Source: Terriglobia bacterium (lineage in GTDB: Bacteria > Acidobacteriota > Terriglobia > UBA7540). From it: DNA of 64,000 nucleotides. The stretch spans positions 14,649-78,648 of the forward strand of contig JBEKME010000016.1 of NCBI GenBank assembly GCA_050008675.1, written 5' to 3'. This document shows, in pieces, positions 55,679 through 63,788 of this stretch. The first letter of the stretch is position 1. Each line of letters begins with the position of its first letter. The notes beneath the pieces are model-generated. The model made no database searches, was not told the origin of the DNA, and saw only the letters and a program-made list of their open reading frames with translations. The translations under genes and the position numbers were made by a program.

Positions 55679-56593
55679 TCAAATCGCATCCCTGGTGGTC
55701 GTCGAGCGCGGTGAAGATGTCACCGGCACAATTACGGATAGCGCGCGTGGAACAATCTCAATCGTGGCGGGGAGTTCCTGCATGAATTCTCCGTCCCCGA
55801 AAAGCTCCAGACGAGAGGTGGTGCTCAAGGAGACCTTGTGGGCTTGAAAGTAGATGATGCGAGGATGTCTCAGGTGTTCCCCGCGGTAAGCGCTTGGGAC
55901 CCAGCGCAAGAGTTCCAACTTCCCCATGTAAGGGACGACGCAGACGTCCAATAAGCCATCATCGAGTTTTGCTCGCGGGGTAAGATGGATTCCCCCTCCG
56001 TAGGAAACGTTGTTTCCCACCACGGCAAGGACGACGTCTCCCGAGAACTCCTGAACGTCTGAGACGATCTTGAGCGGCTCCGGACGATATGACTTGAGGC
56101 AGCGGAAAATAGACCAGGCGTACGCCCATGAACCGCGCAGGTGGCGGACGCGCTCGTTGGCATACCGGGTTACAACCGAATCAAAACCTGCTCCGGCAAT
56201 ACAGCCGTAAACCGTGTTCCCCGCCCGCCCCAGGTCGATCCGGCGAATGTTGCCGGCGCGCAGCACCTCCGCAGCCGCGCGCGTTTGGGTGGGAATTCCC
56301 AAACCCTTCGCGAAATCGTTCCCGCTCCCAGCGGGAATAATCCCCAACGGGATTTCACTCCCCACGATCCCGTTCAGAACGTAGTGGTGAGTGCCGTCAC
56401 CACCGAGCGAAACGATGGCGTCAGGTTTTTCAGCCGCTGCCTGGCGCGCTAGTGCCAGCAGGTGCTGCGCGTCGCGGCTCTCCTGCACCTCAATCTCGAC
56501 GCCATCACCCCGCATGACCTCGAGCGCCTCGCGCAAGACGAGTGGCGCCTTGCCTCGGCCCGCCTTAGGATTGAGAAGAATAATAATCCGCAT
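55679..56593 (-). CDS. diacylglycerol-kinase-family lipid kinase (YegS/BmrU-like)
   Basis: MRIIILLNPKAGRGKA, SLGGDGT, IPAGSGNDFAK. Confidence 0.85.
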   Translation of the reverse strand: MRIIILLNPKAGRGKAPLVLREALEVMRGDGVEIEVQESRDAQHLLALARQAAAEKPDAIVSLGGDGTHHYVLNGIVGSEIPLGIIPAGSGNDFAKGLGIPTQTRAAAEVLRAGNIRRIDLGRAGNTVYGCIAGAGFDSVVTRYANERVRHLRGSWAYAWSIFRCLKSYRPEPLKIVSDVQEFSGDVVLAVVGNNVSYGGGIHLTPRAKLDDGLLDVCVVPYMGKLELLRWVPSAYRGEHLRHPRIIYFQAHKVSLSTTSRLELFGDGEFMQELPATIEIVPRALSVIVPVTSSPRSTTTRDAI

Positions 56594-56651
56594 GGGTGGG
56601 AGCAGAAAGGATGCAAAAGACCGAAGGCAATGTCAAGCGCCGCAAGGCACT

Positions 56652-56810
56652 GATGTCATTTGCGAGACATGGGCGCTCGAAGTCGCAGTCATTCCCGCGA
56701 AAGCGGGAATCCACTCCCCAAACCCTCGCAAATAAGCTATCGACCGACTGGATTCCCGCTTTCGCGGGAATGACCTGCGTTTCAAAAGGAATCCCATCCT
56801 AAATGACACC
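56652..56810. mobile_element. MITE-like element, copy 5
   Basis: GATGTCATTTGCGAGACATGGGCGCTCGAAGTCGCAGTCATTCCCGCGAAAGCGGGAATC ... TAAATGACACC. Confidence 0.8.
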
Positions 56811-56880
56811 AACACCTGCCCCAGATGAAAGTCCGGAATGCCTTCCCTCCTGGTTCAATGCGCCAAAGGGGCTGAGGGCT

Positions 56881-57066
56881 CTAAACGACTTGGTGTTCGG
56901 GGACATCCGCCCCAAAGCTCTCGATGTGAAATTTGATGGCCGACTTGACATCCGCAACGGCCGCTTCATAGGTGTCACCTTCTCCTACAACCACACCATG
57001 GACGCCGAGAGGGTAGGCCACATAGCCGTCCGGGTGCTTCTCGACAATGATTTTGATTTGCCGCAT
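56881..57066 (-). CDS. HicB-like (UPF0150) antitoxin-family protein, orphan
   Basis: MRQIKIIVEKHPDGYVAYPLGVHGVVVGEGDTYEAAVADVKSAIKFHIESFG matches the small HicB pattern. Start at the ATG at 57066. The larger ORF (to 57267) overlaps tyrS. Confidence 0.55.
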   Translation of the reverse strand: MRQIKIIVEKHPDGYVAYPLGVHGVVVGEGDTYEAAVADVKSAIKFHIESFGADVPEHQVV

Positions 57067-57182
57067 GGGGAGGATCTCCTCGTTTAGTTTAGCATGCTGG
57101 TAATCGGAAGCAGCGTCGGAAGTAGGGTAGCGCGGACCTCCGCTTTTGAGGTCGGCGGCTCTGAAGCTGACACTCGCTTGCT

Positions 57183-58424
57183 CTAACCTCCGAACACCAC
57201 CTTCACAGGTGGGCGCGTGCCAATCCGGAAGATCACCACAGGGTATTGACGGGGATCGAAATCCCACGTTGGGTCGGTGAGTCGTTTCCAGTCAGGTTGC
57301 TTCGAGTCACCGACCGCCATGTAGACAGCGCCTTCCTTGATCTTTCGCTGGGCTTCAGAGTTTGAAGGGAAAAGCTTCAGATCCACGAGTAAGCGAAAGA
57401 GCTTTCGCGTTGTCGCAAGCTGAAAGGGAATTTGCTCAATCACCGACGGCAGGCCCTTGTCCCTGAATTGGGCTTCGAAGTCTCGCTGAGCTTGGGCTGC
57501 CGCTTCGGCGTCGTGGAAATCCGTGATGATGCGGCGGGCCAGAGATTTCTTGACCTCTAGCGGATGGAGGTTGCCCGAAGCAACTGCCTTGTTAAGCTCC
57601 TCGATCTGCGCCGGCGTCATATCCGTTAGGAGCAGGTAATACCGCCACATCAAGTCATCGGAAATTGACATCAGCTTGCCGAACATTTCGGCGGGCGCCT
57701 CGTTGATCCCAACGTAATTGCCCAGTGACTTCGACATTTTCTGGACGCCGTCGAGTCCCTCGAGAATCGGCATGGTCATGATGACCTGCGGTTCCTGTCC
57801 GTACTCCTGCTGGATCGTGCGCCCGACCAGCAGATTGAATTTCTGGTCGGTCCCGCCCAACTCTACATCCGCTTCGAGCGCAACGGAGTCGTAGGCTTGA
57901 GCCAGGGGATAGAGAAGCTCGTGGATGGCGATGGGGCGCTGCTCCTTGAAGCGTTTCGAGAAGTCATCACGCTCCAGAATTCGCGCCACAGTGTACTTGG
58001 AGCAGAGCGTGATCCAATCTCGCCCCGTGAGCTTGCCCAGCCAGCGGCTGTTGAAGTCCACCACGGTCTTTTCCGCATGGAGAATCTTGAAGACCTGTTT
58101 CTTGTAGGTCTCGGCGTTGGCAGCCACCTGCTCTGGCGTTATCGGCTTGCGCGTCACGTTCTGCCCGGACGGGTCGCCAATCAGGCCGGTGAAGTCGCCA
58201 ATGAGAAAGATGACCGTGTGACCGAGATCCTGGAAGTGTTTCATCTTGCGAATCACGACCGTGTGGCCGAGATGAATGTCCGGAGCCGTGGGGTCAAAAC
58301 CCACTTTGACGCGGAGCGGCTCCCCAGTCTGGGCCGAGCGCTCGAGCTTGGCCCTAAGCTCTTCCACGCGGATAGTCTCCTCCGCGCCCTTAGTGAGGTA
58401 AGCAAGTTGTTCGTCTATGTTCAC
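57183..58424 (-). CDS. tyrS: tyrosine--tRNA ligase
   Basis: [13 protein letters not shown] (HIGH), KMSKS, and a C-terminal S4-like domain. Confidence 0.95.
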   Translation of the reverse strand: MNIDEQLAYLTKGAEETIRVEELRAKLERSAQTGEPLRVKVGFDPTAPDIHLGHTVVIRKMKHFQDLGHTVIFLIGDFTGLIGDPSGQNVTRKPITPEQVAANAETYKKQVFKILHAEKTVVDFNSRWLGKLTGRDWITLCSKYTVARILERDDFSKRFKEQRPIAIHELLYPLAQAYDSVALEADVELGGTDQKFNLLVGRTIQQEYGQEPQVIMTMPILEGLDGVQKMSKSLGNYVGINEAPAEMFGKLMSISDDLMWRYYLLLTDMTPAQIEELNKAVASGNLHPLEVKKSLARRIITDFHDAEAAAQAQRDFEAQFRDKGLPSVIEQIPFQLATTRKLFRLLVDLKLFPSNSEAQRKIKEGAVYMAVGDSKQPDWKRLTDPTWDFDPRQYPVVIFRIGTRPPVKVVFGG

Positions 58425-58638
58425 GGTGCCCGTAGGATTCCTCTTGAGAGTGAAAGTCCAAAAAGGAATGATACCCGGTGAGCGGTGCTTTGGGGAGAAA
58501 ACTTCACAAGATACGGGCTCCTCGTGGTTTGCGTGCGGGCGGAGTCTCCGGCGTAGGCCATTACGGTTTGGCCCTCTAGCTCCGGCTCCAGACGCTTTGC
58601 AAAATTGGATGTGTTAACGGGTATGAACGCCTGTACCA

Positions 58639-59586
58639 TTAATGGGATGAAAACTTAAAGGCACCTTGATCTTCGCCAACCGTGTCTTTGGATTTCTTCT
58701 TGGACCTGAAGCAAAGACGGCCAAATCGCTCCAATGTGTCACCCCTCTGGCGCTTGTACCTGATCGTGTAGTGCCCGCTGCCGTCGCTTGTTGCCAGCTT
58801 AAACCCAACCAATGCGTCAAGTGCCTCTATGACCCACGCTTTCTTCGGAATCTCGGGGCTCCGCGAACCAGAACTTGGAAACCCATAATACTTCTGAAGG
58901 TCAGTGGTTACTTGGTCAGCGGACAGCTTGAGCAGGGTAATTTCGGCCTCAGATTCGAAATTACCAATGGCGACATATTCCGTGAAAAGGTTGTCCCACA
59001 GGATCTGCAGCGTAATGGGGAGAGCCGGCGGGGAATCCAAAAATTTTCTGTCACCATACAGCTCGATCAATAGCTTTATATTTACCTGTTTCCCATAACG
59101 CAATCGCCTGTCAAGTTCCAGGTCAGAGAGTTCGCCTCCCTCTTTCTTTAAGAGCATCCAAGTCTTGTTGGGCCCTACTTGCTGTTGGAAACCCAGGGTT
59201 GCGAGCTTGCGTTTGAAGCTCCATTTCTTCTGCCCAGCCCCCTCATTGACTAGATCGGAGAACTGGACCGAACGAAGCAACGGAACCAAACTTACGAGAT
59301 CATGGTTGTTCACCCGCTCATTACTTGTCCACCATCCCTTGAGGTCGTCGTCATATTTCTGAAGCTGGCGGATATCATCGTCCCAGTGTGCCACGTCAAG
59401 CGGCAAGCCTTTCTTGGCCTCAGCGACTAGCCCATGCGTCGGTGACTGCTGAACTACACAGTCTGGGGTGACATCCGTTATTGGGCGGATTTGGTTCTCG
59501 GAGGATGTAGTCATTTTTCGCCCAAGGTCATAAGCAACTTCAGGGCGCAGCTGGCGGGCAATAGGATCCCAACGAACCTCGTTCAC
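58639..59586 (-). CDS. hypothetical protein with a PD-(D/E)xK nuclease motif
   Basis: 315 aa, GTG start. VTPDCVVQQSPTHGLVAEAKKG gives D-x13-E-x-K. Basic C-terminus YKRQRGDTLERFGRLCFRSKKKSK. Lower GC than its surroundings. Confidence 0.5.
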   Translation of the reverse strand: MNEVRWDPIARQLRPEVAYDLGRKMTTSSENQIRPITDVTPDCVVQQSPTHGLVAEAKKGLPLDVAHWDDDIRQLQKYDDDLKGWWTSNERVNNHDLVSLVPLLRSVQFSDLVNEGAGQKKWSFKRKLATLGFQQQVGPNKTWMLLKKEGGELSDLELDRRLRYGKQVNIKLLIELYGDRKFLDSPPALPITLQILWDNLFTEYVAIGNFESEAEITLLKLSADQVTTDLQKYYGFPSSGSRSPEIPKKAWVIEALDALVGFKLATSDGSGHYTIRYKRQRGDTLERFGRLCFRSKKKSKDTVGEDQGAFKFSSH

Positions 59587-59656
59587 GAAGGCCAGGATGG
59601 CGTATAGGGCCTGCGTGTAGTCATCCAGGGCCTCTTTTGTCTTACCGTGGTCATAC

Positions 59657-60778
59657 TTAGACTGGTTGTGGGAAGCCAGAGATGGTACCCTCGCGAAAAT
59701 TCTCGAAAATGTGATTGACGATCCTCTTCAGCGCGTTTTCAGAGGTCCTCACTTGGGGAACAATCAGTATCTGCTTCGGTGAGAGGACCCAAACCTCAAC
59801 AGTTGAATAGTCTTTGTTATCCACAACCGAAACGTGCAAATATGGATTCGAATGTAAAACAGAACAACTGCCGTATTTGAATCTTTTCAGCGCATCGGAA
59901 AGTCTCCTGGTTTCATCAATCCTGGCCAATATATCGTTCTCGTAATCTATGGTGACGGGTTTTGGGATGTGATCCGAAGTACTGACCCGATCACGATTGG
60001 AGAAGAACTCGAGACGCGTGCCAGCGATCTCCATGAGCCTGTTTGCCACGATAGTTGTGTAAAGATCAAAGTCGTCGTTGCAGGCGAGGTAGCCATACTT
60101 CGAGATTATCCCTTTGCTGGTTGCGTACAGCCTGCCGTCTTCCCTGCGATTGACAATCTCAAAAGTTACGGACTGGAACCACTGATTCGCTTGCCTAGCC
60201 TCACGAAAGACGGACTCGACCCCCTCATCTGTCCACTCACGCGTGCTCTGGAAACGTTTTCGAGCTTCCCCACGAAGCCGCTTGCGCGCCGACAGTTCAA
60301 GAATCCGTATCCCGGCTGCCGCTTGCGCCTTCTGGACTTGCTTCAAGATTTCGTAAAGCTCAAGTTGGGTTAAGAAGGGGGCAGCGACCTTTGGGTACAA
60401 GGACTCAATCAAGGGCGATATTGCCATTCTCCAGTATGTTCGTGCGGAAACGAACATAACTAGATAAATCGCTGGAAGTGCTGTGCGAAAAAGTGCGAAT
60501 TGCCCAGCAAATTTCCGATCGCTAATAGCACGCGAGTAGAAGAAGAGCCCACCGGCATTACCTCCCTGCAGAAACCTCAAACCCGCTGGGGCCCTCGGCG
60601 ACTGCAAATGGCTCAGCAAATCTTCTCTGGACCCCACCAGGGCGAGTTGCAGGTATTCGTTTTCACCCAGTCTAAGGCTCGAGAGCACTGGAGCTACCCG
60701 TTCCCAGGGTCCTCCCACCGCGGCCGCAAGCAGTCCATTGCGGCTAACGTCCAACAACGGCAAGGGTTTGCGTTTCAT
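59657..60778 (-). CDS. hypothetical protein, no recognisable domain
   Basis: 373-aa ORF, co-oriented with and 70 nt upstream of the PD-(D/E)xK gene. One hydrophobic stretch (FALFRTALPAIYLVMFVSA). No P-loop and no methyltransferase motif. Confidence 0.5.
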   Translation of the reverse strand: MKRKPLPLLDVSRNGLLAAAVGGPWERVAPVLSSLRLGENEYLQLALVGSREDLLSHLQSPRAPAGLRFLQGGNAGGLFFYSRAISDRKFAGQFALFRTALPAIYLVMFVSARTYWRMAISPLIESLYPKVAAPFLTQLELYEILKQVQKAQAAAGIRILELSARKRLRGEARKRFQSTREWTDEGVESVFREARQANQWFQSVTFEIVNRREDGRLYATSKGIISKYGYLACNDDFDLYTTIVANRLMEIAGTRLEFFSNRDRVSTSDHIPKPVTIDYENDILARIDETRRLSDALKRFKYGSCSVLHSNPYLHVSVVDNKDYSTVEVWVLSPKQILIVPQVRTSENALKRIVNHIFENFREGTISGFPQPV

Positions 60779-60926
60779 AAGACGAGCGAAAGGCCATTGG
60801 GCTTTTCCGCGACTCTACACTTTAGTGTGCGCCAAGCGGGATGCAAGTGTCAAACCTTCAGCAGTTCACGGGTAACAGACATGCCCCATGTTCCGCGACG
60901 TGTGAACCCACGGCGCCTTATTGATA

Positions 60927-63788
60927 TCACTCCGCCACAGAGAACTCCAGCTTGTTTTCCGACCGGTCGATGCGGACCAAGCACACGCGGGTTCGTTCCC
61001 CGAGGCGAAAGGCGCGCTTCGAGTGCTGGCCGATGATGGCGCGCAGGCGTTCGTGATAGACGTAAGAATCGTCGCCGAGGTTGGAGAGCGGGACGAAGCC
61101 CTCCACGAAGAGGTCCGTCAGTTCCACGAAAAACCCTTGCTTGATCAGGCCGATGATGAGCGCCTCAAACTCATCGCCTACGTGCTGCGCCATAAAGGAG
61201 ACTTTCTTCCATTCCATCAGCTCGCGCTCGGCTTCGGCAGCGTGGCGCTCCGATTCGGAGGTTTCAAGCCCCAGGGCGTGCAATTCCTCGGGATGCACGA
61301 ACGCCGCGCCAGGTAGCTGTGGCGCGGGCGTCTCGCCCGCTGTCGCGCGGGCGTCCCGCTCGCGCACCGGGTTCGCGGGAGCGCGGAGTCCTTCCCCTCG
61401 AATCCTGTTGCCGATTCCCTGTTCCCTATTCCCTGTTCCCTGTTCCCTGATCGTGCGCGCACTGCCTCCCTCCTGCGCGAGCGCGGCCTTCAAAATCCGG
61501 TGCACGATCAAATCCGGATAGCGGCGGATGGGCGAAGTGAAATGAGTATAGGTGGGCGCGGCCAGGGCGAAGTGGCCGACGTTTTCCTCCGAGTAGCGGG
61601 CCTGCTTGAGCGAGCGCAGCATCAGGTAGGAAAGAATCCGTTCCTCAGGCTTGCCCTCGAGGCGCTGGGCAAGCCGCTGGTAGTTGTATGGACTGATCTT
61701 GAGCTCGCCCTCGAAAGCTTCGTGAAAGCGCGGGTAGCGGTCGCGCTCGTCGCGAAGCCGCAATCGAGCGCGCCGCGCGGGGGGCAACTCGATGCCCAGC
61801 GAGTAGCCGAAGGTGGCGGCAATCTCCTCGAACTCAATCACTTTTTTCACGTCGGGCTTCTCGTGGATGCGGTAAAGCGAGGGAATGCCTTTGCCCTCCA
61901 GGTATGACGCCACGGCCTCGTTCGCCGCCAGCATGAACTCCTCGATGATGCGGTGGGCGAAGTTGCGCTCCGAGCGCGTAATGCCGGTCATGCGGCCATG
62001 CTCGTCAAACTCGATTTCAGGTTCGGGGAGATCGAAGTCAATCGAGCCGCGGTCCTCGCGGCGGCGAGCGAGGAGGCGCGCCAATTCTTCCATCAGCTTG
62101 AAGTTCGGGATCAGGGCAGCGTAGCGCTGGCAGGCGGCGGGCTCGCCGGCGAGAATGTCGCGCACGGCGGTGTAGGTCATGCGCTCGGCGCTGCGGATGA
62201 TTCCGGGCAGGAGTTCGTATTCCACCAAGCGTCCCTCGGGATCGAATTCCAGCAACGCGGACATCACCAGCCGGTCCACGTGGGGGTTCAGACTACAGAT
62301 GCCGCTGGAAAGCTCCAGAGGCAGCATGGGGACGGCGCGGTCGGGGAAATAGACGCTGGTGCCCCGCAGGCGCGCTTCACGGTCGAGCGCCGAGCCCGGC
62401 CGGACGTAGTGGGCCACGTCGGCGATGTGAACGTGAAGCAGGTAATTGCCCCAGGCCAGTCGCTCCACGTACACGGCGTCGTCAAAATCCTTGGCCGTCT
62501 CGCCGTCAATGGTGACGATGGGCAGGCCGCGAAAGTCGCGGCGGTCCCGCAGAGCGGGATCGCGCTCGGGGATGTACTGTGGCGCGGCGCTCGCCTCCGC
62601 CACCACGTCGGGCGGAAAACGATGCGGCAGGTGGAACTTGCGGATCATGATTTCCACGTCCACGCCGAACTCCTCACGGCGGCCCAGGACCTCGAGCACG
62701 CGCCCGCGCGGCAGGGCGGCGGGACGAGGGTAGGTGGTGATTTCGACGTCCACAATCAGCTCGTCGAGGTCGCGGGCATTCTGCCGGCGAGACGCCGGCG
62801 CTACCGCAGAGCGTCCCTCGGATTCCCCACCGAATTGGCGGTGGCGGCTAAGCGTCCCCGGGGAAATTAGCCCCCCTCTCTCCCTTGGGGGAGAGGGGCC
62901 GGGGGTGAGGGGGTCCCGCGTAGGAACCACCTGCATTGGATTAACTCCCTCAGAAAGCGTCGGGATGGCCGTTGGTTCCACACTCTCCTGTGCCGGGCCG
63001 ACCTGTGCCGGTGGTTTCGGATAGCCTGCCTCTACGTCAGGGAATTCCTGGCCATGCGGAATGACAATCTCGAAGGGAATTCGCTGGTCGAACGGCATCA
63101 CGTAGTTGTATTGCGGCCCGCAGTGGAATTGGCCCACCACGGTCTTCTGCGCGCGCTCGGTGACTAGAATGACGCGGCCTTCCATCCGGGCTTCGCCCTT
63201 AAAGCTCTTGGTGGACCGCTGCACATGCACTTCCACGCGGTCGCCGTGCAAGGCTGAACCCATGCCATCCGGCGGAATGAAGATGTCGAGGTCGGTGCCC
63301 GCCAGCGGAACGTCCGGCACGACGAAGCCGTAGCCGACGCGGTGTCCGATCAAGCGGCCACTCACGAAGTTGGTGGCACAGGCTCTCAGCCTGTGCAGAC
63401 CATCGGCGTCGCGACTCACGAAATTGGGCGATTTCGAAACGTGCGCAGGGGGAATGCTTCGTAGGGGCACGCCATGGCGTGCCCCTACTTCATTGGGGGA
63501 TTTCGAGGTTTGTAGCGGCGGTGTCTGACCGCCGCGGCTGCGGTCAGACACCGCCGCTACAGCTTCCGACGCGGCGTGGCGGCCCTTGTGGACCAAGGCA
63601 TAGTGATTTTTCTTCAGGTAGACAAGTTTCCTGCCGCGGGCGAGGTCTTTCAGAACGCTTTTCAACTCCCGCGCCTGGCTCGAGCGCAACCCCAGCTCGA
63701 GCACCAGCTCGCGCAGACGGAAAGTTCGCTGCGGGTCCCGCTCGAAGAGTTTGAGGATTTCCTGCGGCGAGGGAAATTCGAGCATCAA
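60927..63788 (-). CDS. rnr: ribonuclease R with three repeat-derived in-frame insertions
   Basis: N-terminal HTH (LRELVLELGL), GHRVGYGFVVPD cold-shock-like segment, RNB motifs FDDAVYVE and HVHIADVAHYV, RYPDLIVHR, and a C-terminal S1 domain (GDEFEALIIGLIKQGFFVEL). At 953 aa it is longer than the 700-830 aa I recall as typical. Confidence 0.9.
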   Translation of the reverse strand: MMLEFPSPQEILKLFERDPQRTFRLRELVLELGLRSSQARELKSVLKDLARGRKLVYLKKNHYALVHKGRHAASEAVAAVSDRSRGGQTPPLQTSKSPNEVGARHGVPLRSIPPAHVSKSPNFVSRDADGLHRLRACATNFVSGRLIGHRVGYGFVVPDVPLAGTDLDIFIPPDGMGSALHGDRVEVHVQRSTKSFKGEARMEGRVILVTERAQKTVVGQFHCGPQYNYVMPFDQRIPFEIVIPHGQEFPDVEAGYPKPPAQVGPAQESVEPTAIPTLSEGVNPMQVVPTRDPLTPGPSPPRERGGLISPGTLSRHRQFGGESEGRSAVAPASRRQNARDLDELIVDVEITTYPRPAALPRGRVLEVLGRREEFGVDVEIMIRKFHLPHRFPPDVVAEASAAPQYIPERDPALRDRRDFRGLPIVTIDGETAKDFDDAVYVERLAWGNYLLHVHIADVAHYVRPGSALDREARLRGTSVYFPDRAVPMLPLELSSGICSLNPHVDRLVMSALLEFDPEGRLVEYELLPGIIRSAERMTYTAVRDILAGEPAACQRYAALIPNFKLMEELARLLARRREDRGSIDFDLPEPEIEFDEHGRMTGITRSERNFAHRIIEEFMLAANEAVASYLEGKGIPSLYRIHEKPDVKKVIEFEEIAATFGYSLGIELPPARRARLRLRDERDRYPRFHEAFEGELKISPYNYQRLAQRLEGKPEERILSYLMLRSLKQARYSEENVGHFALAAPTYTHFTSPIRRYPDLIVHRILKAALAQEGGSARTIREQGTGNREQGIGNRIRGEGLRAPANPVRERDARATAGETPAPQLPGAAFVHPEELHALGLETSESERHAAEAERELMEWKKVSFMAQHVGDEFEALIIGLIKQGFFVELTDLFVEGFVPLSNLGDDSYVYHERLRAIIGQHSKRAFRLGERTRVCLVRIDRSENKLEFSVAE
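61413..61449. repeat. TTCCCTGT octamer array inside rnr
   Basis: GATTCCCTGTTCCCTATTCCCTGTTCCCTGTTCCCTG, translated as EQGTGNREQGIGNR. Confidence 0.85.
62871..62913. repeat. palindromic REP-like element inside rnr
   Basis: CCCCCCTCTCTCCCTTGGGGGAGAGGGGCCGGGGGTGAGGGGG, translated as PLTPGPSPPRERGG. Confidence 0.85.
63461..63488. repeat. perfect 28-nt palindrome GTAGGGGCACGC-CATG-GCGTGCCCCTAC inside rnr
   Basis: Read directly. Flanked by 15-nt direct repeats ATTGGG(C/G)GATTTCGA at 63423..63437 and 63492..63506. Confidence 0.9.
63511..63561. repeat. perfect 22-bp inverted repeat inside rnr
   Basis: TGTAGCGGCGGTGTCTGACCGC (63511..63532), a 7-nt loop, then GCGGTCAGACACCGCCGCTACA (63540..63561). 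Confidence 0.9.

Noticed and set aside
58425-58638. Possible T-box leader upstream of tyrS
   Set aside because: There is no AANNNGGGTGGTACCGCG-like T-box sequence and no specifier/terminator arrangement. GGTACAGGCG near 58625 is at the wrong end of the leader.
59587-59727. The frame of the PD-(D/E)xK gene stays open for 47 codons upstream of its GTG, overlapping the end of the 373-aa gene (possible fusion or frameshift)
   Set aside because: There is no ATG, GTG or TTG in those 47 codons. At about 50 percent GC, an open run of this length has roughly a 10 percent chance of occurring, so it is not evidence for recoding.
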